From a virus, in the IMG/VR virus record IMGVR_UViG_3300022538_000472, positions 1-35,138 of that record: 35,138 nucleotides of DNA. One strand, written 5' to 3'. Shown here in pieces: positions 1 through 7,791 of the stretch. The position numbers and the translations under genes were made by a program. Numbering within the stretch: position 1 is the first letter of the stretch; every line of letters begins with the position of its first letter. The notes beneath the pieces were generated by a model, which saw only the letters and a program-made list of their open reading frames with translations, was not told the DNA's origin and made no database searches.

Positions 1-1154
1 AGAAGTGCCGGGCCGCCGAGGCTGAACGTGACCAGATACGCAAAGAGGCGCAGGAGCAAAGCGACCTGGTACAGCGCGACTGGCCCTGCCCCGCGGAGGC
101 AGAGGGGCTGAGGCGGCAGTTGACGAAGGCAGAAGCACAGATAGCCGCCGCCAAGGAGACCGTGGAATTCTTGTATGATTTCTGGGACGGCAGTGCACTG
201 GTGGCGCGTTCTTCAGGCTACGAGGAGGAAATAAGCGCGGCCTGGAACAATCTTTTGGAGGCAAGCGGCGCTTTCGGCAAGCCACAGGAGCGAGATAATG
301 AGGCACAGTCCGATTGCCCCGTAGAAGAGGACAGGCGGCGGCAGCAAATGGATGAGGCATACGAACATGCCAGTCTCATGATGACTGAAGGAGTACATCT
401 CAAACAGCAGTTGGCGAAGACAGAGACGGAGCGCGACCATTGGCGCGAAGTGACGCGACAAGAACGCGCCTGGGTGCGCAAAGAACAAGGACGATCGGCG
501 AGGGCAGAGGCACAGATAGCCGCCATTGTTGAGGCGGCAGAGGCACTAATAGAACAATCGTATCCGGGGATTGAGCGAACAGACCGGGCGGCAGTGAAGA
601 TTAACATAGCCAGAGGCAATCTTCGAGAAGTGCTAGAGTACCGCAGCGACGCCGCCGCGAAACTACTGGAGCGGCTGGAGGAAGCTGAATCTACTGTGCG
701 CGTACATGAGCATGCACTGAATGAACGAGACAAGATACTGGCCACTGAGCGCCGGTTGCGACGGGAGGCAGAGCAGCTTGCTAAAGGTTTTCACTCTACG
801 CTATTGGAAGTACATGGGGCACTAGATGAATATGAACTAGGCGCTTATGATGAACCTACTGCGAATGCCAAAACTCGTATCCTTTGGCTGGGCCAATTAG
901 TTGATGAAGCTGAACAACGTGCCGAACGCGCCGAGGCCCTGGCCGCGCTGGCGACGCCAGAAATGGCGGATTTACTGGAATGGCTAGCAGAGGTCGCCGA
1001 CACCTGGGGCGACTGGGATGCCTATGGCGTGGAACTGGAAATCCGGCTTGGCAAGGCGGGCAAACAATTTCCGCAGACGGATATATCTATACAAGATGCC
1101 TCGGACATCCACGGGCAACTAAAAAAGGCCACTATGTCTTTGAGCACATTCTGA
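1..1154 (+). CDS. Coiled-coil mosaic phage early protein (Ead/Ea22-like style), 5' partial
   Basis: The frame of ORF 120..1154 is open back to base 3. Glu/Ala/Arg-rich coiled-coil segments; repeated AEAQIAA module (DNA repeat at 128-149 and 503-524). Confidence 0.6.
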   Translation, partial: KCRAAEAERDQIRKEAQEQSDLVQRDWPCPAEAEGLRRQLTKAEAQIAAAKETVEFLYDFWDGSALVARSSGYEEEISAAWNNLLEASGAFGKPQERDNEAQSDCPVEEDRRRQQMDEAYEHASLMMTEGVHLKQQLAKTETERDHWREVTRQERAWVRKEQGRSARAEAQIAAIVEAAEALIEQSYPGIERTDRAAVKINIARGNLREVLEYRSDAAAKLLERLEEAESTVRVHEHALNERDKILATERRLRREAEQLAKGFHSTLLEVHGALDEYELGAYDEPTANAKTRILWLGQLVDEAEQRAERAEALAALATPEMADLLEWLAEVADTWGDWDAYGVELEIRLGKAGKQFPQTDISIQDASDIHGQLKKATMSLSTF

Positions 1155-1297
1155 TGATGGAAGAGCATCTAGGCCGCTTCCTAATAGAAGAAGAGGTTAT
1201 ACATCATATTAACGGCAAGACTACAGACAACCGACTAGAAAATCTGGAGCTTCTCACACGCTCAGAGCATGCCACGCTTCACCACAATACAAGATGA
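980..1297 (+). CDS. HNH endonuclease (phage HNH_3 type), possibly N-terminally truncated
   Basis: NPAWQGG...GYIY...HP...YVFEHILMMEEHLGR.L...EVIHHING...DNRLENLELL...EH..LH. Overlaps the 3' end of the upstream ORF in another frame. Confidence 0.85.
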   Translation: MASRGRRHLGRLGCLWRGTGNPAWQGGQTISADGYIYTRCLGHPRATKKGHYVFEHILMMEEHLGRFLIEEEVIHHINGKTTDNRLENLELLTRSEHATLHHNTR

Positions 1298-1323
1298 AAT
1301 AACAAGAAGATAGGAGCAAATCA

Positions 1324-1635
1324 ATGAAAGTGGGACTTTTGATCTTTGACGACGACTCAAGGTACAACCTAGCCGAGAAGGTACGGCGAGCAGCACGACA
1401 GTACAAGCGGAAGTTCAGAGAGGCTCCCGACATCTGCCATGTGCACCCATCGGAATTCACGGCGGTTCCGCCTGGTGAGACAGTGGCTGCACAGGCACTC
1501 GTTGGAGGAGTGGAGGTAATCGCGTCCTCCACGACACTACGGCATCATTTTCTCATAGAACGCAAGGAAAACCAAGTCAATGATAATGCTAATCCAGTTG
1601 TCAACGGAGCACCGGCTGTGGCTCCTACGCCATAG
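1324..1635 (+). CDS. Hypothetical phage protein
   Basis: ORF with AGGAG Shine-Dalgarno (SD) upstream. Confidence 0.7.
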   Translation: MKVGLLIFDDDSRYNLAEKVRRAARQYKRKFREAPDICHVHPSEFTAVPPGETVAAQALVGGVEVIASSTTLRHHFLIERKENQVNDNANPVVNGAPAVAPTP

Positions 1636-1726
1636 ATTGAACGAGATGTTTGACCAGGTCTTTCCCCTTTTGCTCTTGGCATTGATTTGGTCGTCGACGC
1701 TTATCATATTACTCTCAGGGAGGTAA
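1580..1726 (+). CDS. Small single-TM protein (48 aa; alternative start at the internal MFDQ)
   Basis: Hand translation MIMLIQLSTEHRLWLLRHRLNEMFDQVFPLLLLALIWSSTLIILLSGR; fills the gap before 1731. Confidence 0.45.
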   Translation: MIMLIQLSTEHRLWLLRHRLNEMFDQVFPLLLLALIWSSTLIILLSGR

Positions 1727-1730
1727 AACG

Positions 1731-2087
1731 ATGGAATTAGGAAGGACGAGCACATCCAAAATGGGATTGGGGCTTATTGCCCTCATAGTAGCTCTGGCCG
1801 CGCTGTGGCTGGCATTCTCGGCCTCCGGGCCAAAGGTGCCAGAGATTCCAGTGCCAGTGCCAAAGGTTCAACGAGCCACCGAGCAGGAAATGGAACAGGC
1901 ACGGGAGAACCTAGTAGACGCTATTTGGCGTCGAGATCAAGTAGAGGCATTGCGAATCGCAGAGTGGCTGGATGAGCAGCACGGCTTCGAGGCACACGTC
2001 ATCGTCATCACGAAGGTTGTCCGAGACTGGTGCGCACTCAATGGTCAGGAACTAGACTTTTGCAAGGAGGAAGACAGTGCCAAATAA
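1731..2087 (+). CDS. Membrane-anchored hypothetical protein
   Basis: GGAGG SD; N-terminal hydrophobic helix LGLIALIVALAALWLAF followed by a Pro-rich linker. Confidence 0.75.
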   Translation: MELGRTSTSKMGLGLIALIVALAALWLAFSASGPKVPEIPVPVPKVQRATEQEMEQARENLVDAIWRRDQVEALRIAEWLDEQHGFEAHVIVITKVVRDWCALNGQELDFCKEEDSAK

Positions 2088-2244
2088 AGGGAACGATGAA
2101 AGAAACTGGAGCGAATGGGATTCCTGGTGTTACCTGCGGGCCAACAATCCAACGCACGGCGAGTGGCAGTTGGTGATAGTGGCAGGACTGACGCTGATTG
2201 GACTGATAGCAGCGGTAGTGAAGTGCTGGATGATGATGAGGTGA
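2077..2244 (+). CDS. Small single-TM protein (55 aa, GTG start)
   Basis: AAGGAGG SD; hand translation ends ...WQLVIVAGLTLIGLIAAVVKCWMMMR. Confidence 0.6.
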   Translation: MPNKGNDERNWSEWDSWCYLRANNPTHGEWQLVIVAGLTLIGLIAAVVKCWMMMR

Positions 2245-2245
2245 G

Positions 2246-2380
2246 ATGATGTCAAGGAATAAACAGGAAAAGGATGAACAAGAACTAATCGAAAAGTGGT
2301 GCCTAGCAGCAATGGTACTGGCACTGCTTGGCATATCATTGGCGTGCACAAGCCTCTGGCTCTGGGCCACCATGAGATAG
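2246..2380 (+). CDS. Small single-TM protein (44 aa)
   Basis: GAGG SD; hand translation MMSRNKQEKDEQELIEKWCLAAMVLALLGISLACTSLWLWATMR; tightly packed between neighbours. Confidence 0.55.
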   Translation: MMSRNKQEKDEQELIEKWCLAAMVLALLGISLACTSLWLWATMR

Positions 2381-2383
2381 CCA

Positions 2384-3319
2384 ATGCCAATCCTTGCCGA
2401 CAGTACAGAGCTTAGACAAGGCACACGCCTGCCACCCGCCGTCACTGCGCAGTGTACAGAGCTGCCAGGATTGGAAATGGTCACTGGTGCTGACCTCCTC
2501 ATAACAGTGGGGAAAGTGCCACCCGACGTGCGGTGTCTGAAAGGACTCAGCGCCGCCGACCTGGGGGACAGTCCTGGGGAGACTGTACAGAAATGTGGCC
2601 TGTCGCTGCCAGAAGCACTCATAGCGCACGCTTTCAAGAAGGCATGTGAGAACGGACTACTGGCGCAAAGGAAGACCGGCTATGATCTTGCTTCCTCTGT
2701 CCCTGAGTACTCCAGAATCCTTGCCAAGATGCTCAGATGGACAGACCGTCCTTGGCTCACGTTCATAGGAGACCTGAAAGCGGACAAGAATGGGATGGCA
2801 ATCATAGACGGTAATAGAGACCTCAAAGGATTCTCATATAACGCCGTACAAGGCGCACTGGAGGCTTGGCAGGATGAAGGTGGACGTGTCACATTCCTGA
2901 GCCGCGATTCGCTGTTTGCTCCCTGGATTGCACGCCAGCTGGACAAACTGCGTGCACCAAAGGCAGAAAAGATACTGCCACCACGTAGAATCACACGACC
3001 TATCATTGGGCCTGAGAGCAACGTCAAGCCTTGGCGCAGTACGTTGATGTCCTTTCCTGACATGGGATTAGAACTCGCGAATCGCATAGCGGAGGGAAAT
3101 GCGACACTGGTAAGTTGCCTAGAATGGATTACTTGTCCTGACTGGCTGAAGAAGGCGTCAACGAGTAGACCAAAAGGGATTGGCGTACCGACAGTCAGGA
3201 AATGGCGCAGATGGCTGGGATTGAACGAGGACTGCCTGCAAGTATTGGTGGCGGCTGTGCCAGAGGGGACTGAACCAAAAGTCGTGTTCGTGGAGGTAGA
3301 ATCTAATGAAATTGGATGA
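2384..3319 (+). CDS. ERCC4/XPF-like structure-specific nuclease with C-terminal HhH-like motifs
   Basis: GADLLI...AQRKTGYDLASS resembles the ERCC4 GD...ERKxxxDLxxS motif; LMSFPDMG.ELA..I and PKGIG.PT resemble helix-hairpin-helix motifs. Confidence 0.6.
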   Translation: MPILADSTELRQGTRLPPAVTAQCTELPGLEMVTGADLLITVGKVPPDVRCLKGLSAADLGDSPGETVQKCGLSLPEALIAHAFKKACENGLLAQRKTGYDLASSVPEYSRILAKMLRWTDRPWLTFIGDLKADKNGMAIIDGNRDLKGFSYNAVQGALEAWQDEGGRVTFLSRDSLFAPWIARQLDKLRAPKAEKILPPRRITRPIIGPESNVKPWRSTLMSFPDMGLELANRIAEGNATLVSCLEWITCPDWLKKASTSRPKGIGVPTVRKWRRWLGLNEDCLQVLVAAVPEGTEPKVVFVEVESNEIG

Positions 3320-3620
3320 ACGCATCCTGTATGACTTTGTACAGCAAGCCAGAGATGCACTCGCTTTAGAGAATAAGAGTATCTTGGCAATGCATGGTAG
3401 CTCAGAGTCCTTCGCCTGGAATTATATGATAAAGCCAGATGAAATGGACTGGTGGGAATTCGGCATTTACTCCTGGGCCGTTGGCGCAGAGTTAGTCGCA
3501 CAAAAAGTCCTGAAAATAGACAAGTGGAAGAAGCGCGGCCTGACTGGACATAATCCACTCAGGCTGCGATTGAGCAAAAAGTGGTACAATGAGAATAGGA
3601 AAAAGGAGGAAGCAAAGTGA
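3306..3620 (+). CDS. Hypothetical protein
   Basis: GGAGG SD; overlaps both neighbours in operon fashion. Confidence 0.65.
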   Translation: MKLDERILYDFVQQARDALALENKSILAMHGSSESFAWNYMIKPDEMDWWEFGIYSWAVGAELVAQKVLKIDKWKKRGLTGHNPLRLRLSKKWYNENRKKEEAK

Positions 3621-4723
3621 CAAAGCGTATCTGGTTCATAACCGGTGGCAAGGGTGCAGGAAAATCTACAGCAGCCTGCCGATTCGCTCGACCATCTGAG
3701 ACAGACAAAATGGTCGTATTTGACACTGAGGACAGCCTATCCGACATCCTAGAACAGAATGAACATAACAAGGTTGCCTTCGGCGAGTACATCAGAGGTT
3801 ACGAACGTTTCAAATTCACGGACGACATGCTCGACGCTGTAGCGAGAGGCAAACTCCCCTGGGTCTCTGACAAAAAGAAGAAGTTTGCCCTGGTGGGATA
3901 CTGGGAATGGTTTGTCCGGATTCTCAGCGAGAAACTGAAACCAGAGCACCGTTTCCTGGTCATCGACACGATTCAACCCATCGAGGCGGCGGCGGCAGCC
4001 TGGGCAGAGGTCAACAAGAAGTTATCCGGTTGGACAGGCAAGACAGCCTACGGTGGTCTCGAAATCGAAGCGGTGCGTCCGCTTCTCGACAACACCTTTG
4101 AGGCAATCAGCAAGAGAGGCATCACTGATATCCTGATAACGGCCCACACAAAGACCCCCTGGGTCGAGTACGCACCACGGAAATCGAGACCAGTACCAGG
4201 GAAGGTCAAGCCTGGTAGTAGGCTTAAACTATGGTCTCCGCTCAGCACTGCAATGTTCTGGATGGTTCGTCCGCCCTATCCCATCAATCCACAAGGTATA
4301 CCATCAGCCATTGTTCTCAAGGCCAGAGCAGGAGACGCCAAGATAGACAAAGAAGCAGACGAATGGATTACATCATCGCCAATCCCCCCTAGAATACCGG
4401 CGTTCACCTGGCAGGCATGGCGGCAATACAGACAGTCAGGATGGAATCCAATGAACCCACAGCCCGGCGAGACATTACTGCCAGAGGAAGAGCGCATGAT
4501 GTCAGAGTTGCTTAGCGATGCAGAACACCAGTTGATGATACTAGGAGCGCAAATTGCGTTGAGGGAAGAGCAACAAGAACACGGTGCATTGTTTGTACAG
4601 CAGCCAGCTCCAGAGCCAGAAGTTGACATAATGGCACTGGCCGCTGAGGGTAAGTCGGCGGAAGAGATAGTGGCGATTGTTAATAAGCCGCTGCCAGTCG
4701 TGAAGGCAATGATGGGTCTATAG
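3617..4723 (+). CDS. P-loop ATPase (AAA_24/Sak4-like recombination ATPase) with short C-terminal HTH
   Basis: Walker A GGKGAGKST, VVFDTE, Walker B LVIDT, ILITAH; strong AGGAGG SD; GTG start. Confidence 0.75.
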   Translation: MTKRIWFITGGKGAGKSTAACRFARPSETDKMVVFDTEDSLSDILEQNEHNKVAFGEYIRGYERFKFTDDMLDAVARGKLPWVSDKKKKFALVGYWEWFVRILSEKLKPEHRFLVIDTIQPIEAAAAAWAEVNKKLSGWTGKTAYGGLEIEAVRPLLDNTFEAISKRGITDILITAHTKTPWVEYAPRKSRPVPGKVKPGSRLKLWSPLSTAMFWMVRPPYPINPQGIPSAIVLKARAGDAKIDKEADEWITSSPIPPRIPAFTWQAWRQYRQSGWNPMNPQPGETLLPEEERMMSELLSDAEHQLMILGAQIALREEQQEHGALFVQQPAPEPEVDIMALAAEGKSAEEIVAIVNKPLPVVKAMMGL

Positions 4724-4732
4724 AGGTATCAC

Positions 4733-5161
4733 ATGAATACATTCGGCGGTTACACTTTCACCTGTCCTATCTGCAATCAACGTGACTGTGCCTGGTGGCG
4801 TTTGGCGTGCGACGAGGAAGGAAAGCCACTACGAAGTGAGTTGTTCTGTACCAAAACTGGTCAGACTCTCACAAATAAGAACATTCTGCAAGCCTTGCTG
4901 GAAGAGTGGGGAGATTCACTGCCCGACTCAATACGGATAACGTTGGGAGAAAAACCACCTGACCGTCAACAAGCCGCTGCCGGTCGTGAAGGCTATGATA
5001 GCAGGACAATGACCTGGCCCGAACGCATAGACATTGCACTGAGCATCGCTGCTCATGTCCCCTGGCGCTGGTTTGCCATAGGTGCAATTTGTGGCATGGT
5101 TGTCAGTGCAATAGTGGTGGGAATAGCGGTCGTAGTCGTGGGACTGGAGCAAGACAGATAA
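4733..5161 (+). CDS. Zn-finger plus C-terminal TM hypothetical protein
   Basis: CPIC motif near the N-terminus; hydrophobic C-terminal helix. Confidence 0.6.
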   Translation: MNTFGGYTFTCPICNQRDCAWWRLACDEEGKPLRSELFCTKTGQTLTNKNILQALLEEWGDSLPDSIRITLGEKPPDRQQAAAGREGYDSRTMTWPERIDIALSIAAHVPWRWFAIGAICGMVVSAIVVGIAVVVVGLEQDR

Positions 5162-5172
5162 CGGGAGGAAAA

Positions 5173-5391
5173 ATGGACGTAGGAGATTGTATCATCTGCC
5201 CTGGGTGTGGCTGGACGGGCGAGAACGGCATTAGTGAACTAAAGCGAGGCACTTGCCCCAGGTGCGGCTATGAGAACGGTGTACCACCCAACCGCCTGCT
5301 CACATTGAGTGAGATGAGAAAGTGCGATATGGAATACAATGATGTCAGACTAGATTTGTTCTTGGAAGCGTATATCGCGCTGCTACAATGA
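5173..5391 (+). CDS. Small zinc-ribbon protein
   Basis: GGAGG SD before ATG 5173; CPGC...CPRC. Confidence 0.65.
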   Translation: MDVGDCIICPGCGWTGENGISELKRGTCPRCGYENGVPPNRLLTLSEMRKCDMEYNDVRLDLFLEAYIALLQ

Positions 5392-5411
5392 CGGAGAAAA
5401 GGAGATAGGAA

Positions 5412-6008
5412 ATGGAAAAGTATAAAGTGAAGTTGACGTTTACAGAGCCAATACTGGGGACAATTCCCAAAGACCCAGAGATATACGCTGGGTACATCGC
5501 CACCAAGGCTGCCTTGACAGATGAGCAGGTTGCTGAGGAGTTGGCAACGGTGGAGAAAGTGGAGGAGAAAGGCTGGACAGGCTTTCACATGCTGGACGGT
5601 AAGCCAGTGCTCTATGACTATGTGCTCAAAGGCTTCTTTAAGGGCGCTTGTGGTGCACTGAGGCGCGTCAGTGATACCAGATCGTACAAAATCAAGGCGT
5701 ACAAGAAGATCATCGACGGCCTGGTATTCATCACGCCCCGACGCATCCCGCTGATATTGCCAGAAGGTGAGGAACTAGGTGTGCTAGAGCGTCCGTTGCG
5801 GGCGCAAACAGCGCAAGGCGAGCGCGTGACACTGGCCCGTTCTGACACCTGCCCAGTGGGAACTACGCTGGAGTTCACTGTGACGATCTTGGGGCAGGTG
5901 AGCGAAGCACTGCTGAGAGAATGGCTGGACTATGGAGCACTGCTGGGATTGGGTCAATGGCGCTCAGCAGGTTGGGGCCGTTTCGAGTACACGATGGAAA
6001 AAGCATAG
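5412..6008 (+). CDS. Stand-alone RAMP-superfamily (Cas7/Csm3-like) RNA-binding protein
   Basis: N-terminal strand YKVKLTFTEPILG (compare RAMP LxxxTPLHIG), PVLYDYVLKGFFK (compare IPGSSLKGxxR), and C-terminal glycine-rich loop GLGQWRSAGWGRF. AGGAG SD. No other cas genes in the window. Confidence 0.8.
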   Translation: MEKYKVKLTFTEPILGTIPKDPEIYAGYIATKAALTDEQVAEELATVEKVEEKGWTGFHMLDGKPVLYDYVLKGFFKGACGALRRVSDTRSYKIKAYKKIIDGLVFITPRRIPLILPEGEELGVLERPLRAQTAQGERVTLARSDTCPVGTTLEFTVTILGQVSEALLREWLDYGALLGLGQWRSAGWGRFEYTMEKA

Positions 6009-6499
6009 CAATGGCACCGCGGGGCAATACTGGGCCCTGCCGCGCGGAGCAATAGCATGATGTCCTGCCTTGCATAGATAAGCACAGCAACAGCGCGGCG
6101 GCGGCACAGCAATGTGGAGCGGTATGGGGCGATGTGAGGCGACAAATAGCACAGCAACAGTTTGGCCCCGCGTGGCGATGCGAGGCAACAGCAATGCAGA
6201 GTCATGCACGGTGCCGCAAAGTAGGGCAACAGCGTTGCCAACCGGTGCGGAGCGCGGACATGACCAGCAATAGTATCGCGTAGCATGGTAATGCCGTGCG
6301 CAGCAGTAGATGGGCAGAGCCATGAGACGCAAGGCATAGCGACAGCACGGGTGGGCGGTGCAAAACAGCACGCAGCAATAGGCAAAGTATAGCTGGGCTA
6401 CGCACTGCAAAGCAAAGGAATTGCATAGCCACCCAATGTTTCGCTCAGCAACAGCGTGGCAGCGCAGTGCCCAACGCGGCCAACCGTAGCATAGCAAAG
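6003..6499 (+). repeat. Non-coding array with 5-nt periodicity: 13 units of [GCAAYA-like 6-mer + 5-8 x GC-NNN]; putative guide-RNA array for the upstream RAMP
   Basis: Anchors at 6008, 6049, 6087, 6119, 6154, 6185, 6226, 6267, 6303, 6339, 6375, 6412, 6448, 6494. Example unit at 6267: gcaata gtatc gcgta gcatg gtaat gccgt gcgca. Starts at the RAMP stop codon and ends at the next SD. No + strand ORF in the track. Confidence 0.85.
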
Positions 6500-6513
6500 A
6501 AAAGGAGAGATAG

Positions 6514-6624
6514 ATGAGCAAGAAACAAATCAACATCGTCGCTGTACTGTTCTGCATAGACCTAGGGTTTGCACTTGGGTGGCTCGTAGTCGTCGCAGCG
6601 CAGGTACTCCTGCCTGCTAGATGA
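6514..6624 (+). CDS. Small single-TM protein (36 aa)
   Basis: AAGGAG SD; hand translation MSKKQINIVAVLFCIDLGFALGWLVVVAAQVLLPAR. Confidence 0.6.
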   Translation: MSKKQINIVAVLFCIDLGFALGWLVVVAAQVLLPAR

Positions 6625-6632
6625 CCAGATGC

Positions 6633-6807
6633 TTGACAAAAGGCCCCAACCATGCTACAATATAGGTGTCAAGCCAACTCAGTAGGATGTTTTGTCTTAG
6701 GCCAGAACGTCTTAGTCGCAGATAAAGCACCCTCTGTCATAGGAGCGTTAAGCATCCTATCGGTTGGCTTGACACCTGGCCGAAACTATGATGGAGGGTG
6801 TTTTGTC
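6633..6807 (+). promoter_or_regulatory. Sigma70 promoter plus structured leader with two interleaved helices sequestering the RBS
   Basis: TTGACA(6633)-17nt-TACAAT(6656) with extended -10 TG. Perfect 15-bp inverted repeat 6664-6678/6763-6777. Second helix 6721-6742/6786-6807 covers GGAGG up to ATG 6808. Confidence 0.8.
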
Positions 6808-7791
6808 ATGCAAGAACGCATCTCAGGAATCTATATCATTGAGAACATCAGAGACGGAAAGATGTACATCGGATCAAGCAGCCACATTCCCCAGCGTATA
6901 TCGTCTCACAAAAGAAGCCTGCGCAGGGGAGACCACCAAAATAATCATCTCCAACGCGCATGGAATAAATATGGGAAGGAATCCTTTCGATTCAAGATAG
7001 TTGAGAGATGTCCAGTCGAAAAACTGATTGAGCAAGAACAATCTTGGCTAGACGCAGGAAATGGGAACCTCTATAACATAGCCATTGCTGCGGATGCACC
7101 GATGCGGGGACGCAAAATGCCAGAGGAAGGCAGAACAAGAATAAGTGAAGCCTTAACAGGCCACAAGCGGACTGAGAGAGAATGTCAGTTGATTAGAGAA
7201 CACGCTTCCAGAAACTATCCTGCTTTCATTCACAAATCAGGTGAAATAACTCCAGAAGGATGGAATCTTGAGAGGCTATGTAAAAGAAAAGGCTTGCATA
7301 CAGGCTCAATGTGGGATGTGGTACATGGTCATAATCATAAGACTCACAAAGGCTGGATGCTTTTCAAACAGGCAGTTAAGCAACCAGACGGAACTTGGGG
7401 AATCAAAAGAAAGATCCGTGCAGGTTCTTCCTATCCCTCATTCATTCATGTCTCAGGAGAAATTATCCCAGCAGGCAGCGACCTAGCCCAATTATGCCGC
7501 AAGATGAATCTAAGTCGGCCCCACATGATCTCAGTGAAAACCGGAAATCGCCCCCTCTGTCAAGGATGGATGCTGAAAAGCCAGGCAAAGCAATCAGCGG
7601 ATGGGACTTGGTTTGTAGAGCATGGCCTTGCTGGTCCCTACCCTAGTTTTGTCCACAAGGACGAAAGGATAATACCGGCAGGTATCAATATCTCCAGAAT
7701 GTGCCGTAAATATAACCTTAGTGTCGCACACATAATGCAGGTTGCAGGAGGAGAAAAGAAATCACACATGGGGTGGAGGTTGCTAGAATGA
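6808..7791 (+). CDS. GIY-YIG homing endonuclease with NUMOD3-like motif and three C-terminal repeats
   Basis: SGIYII...KMYIGSS...R...H..L..G.H.N.HLQ.AW.KYG; MRGRKMPEE.R..IS; three YP.F.H..(G)E.I.P.G...GW repeats. Start reassigned to ATG 6808 after the SD. Confidence 0.9.
   Translation: MQERISGIYIIENIRDGKMYIGSSSHIPQRISSHKRSLRRGDHQNNHLQRAWNKYGKESFRFKIVERCPVEKLIEQEQSWLDAGNGNLYNIAIAADAPMRGRKMPEEGRTRISEALTGHKRTERECQLIREHASRNYPAFIHKSGEITPEGWNLERLCKRKGLHTGSMWDVVHGHNHKTHKGWMLFKQAVKQPDGTWGIKRKIRAGSSYPSFIHVSGEIIPAGSDLAQLCRKMNLSRPHMISVKTGNRPLCQGWMLKSQAKQSADGTWFVEHGLAGPYPSFVHKDERIIPAGINISRMCRKYNLSVAHIMQVAGGEKKSHMGWRLLE

Noticed and set aside
2680-3558. Long minus-strand ORFs opposite early genes (e.g. 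2680-3558, 2038-2637, 218-745, 10028-10519)
   Set aside because: Antisense shadows of well-supported + strand genes, with no motifs.
6003-6499. Canonical CRISPR array next to the Cas7-like gene
   Set aside because: There are no identical 23-47-nt direct repeats separated by unique spacers. Conservation is limited to 6-nt anchors and GC dinucleotides every 5 nt.
5875-6653. Minus-strand ORFs 5875-6090, 5954-6385, 5964-6653 and 6202-6432
   Set aside because: Cys/Ala/Leu/Arg-rich translations expected from the reverse of a GC-periodic repeat; antisense to the operon; no recognisable domain.
6652-6807. N-terminal extension of the GIY-YIG ORF (likewise 9468-9671, 18394-18531 and 21847-21918)
   Set aside because: These extensions start within promoter boxes or structured leaders. 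Better-placed starts lie downstream, where the recognisable domains begin.
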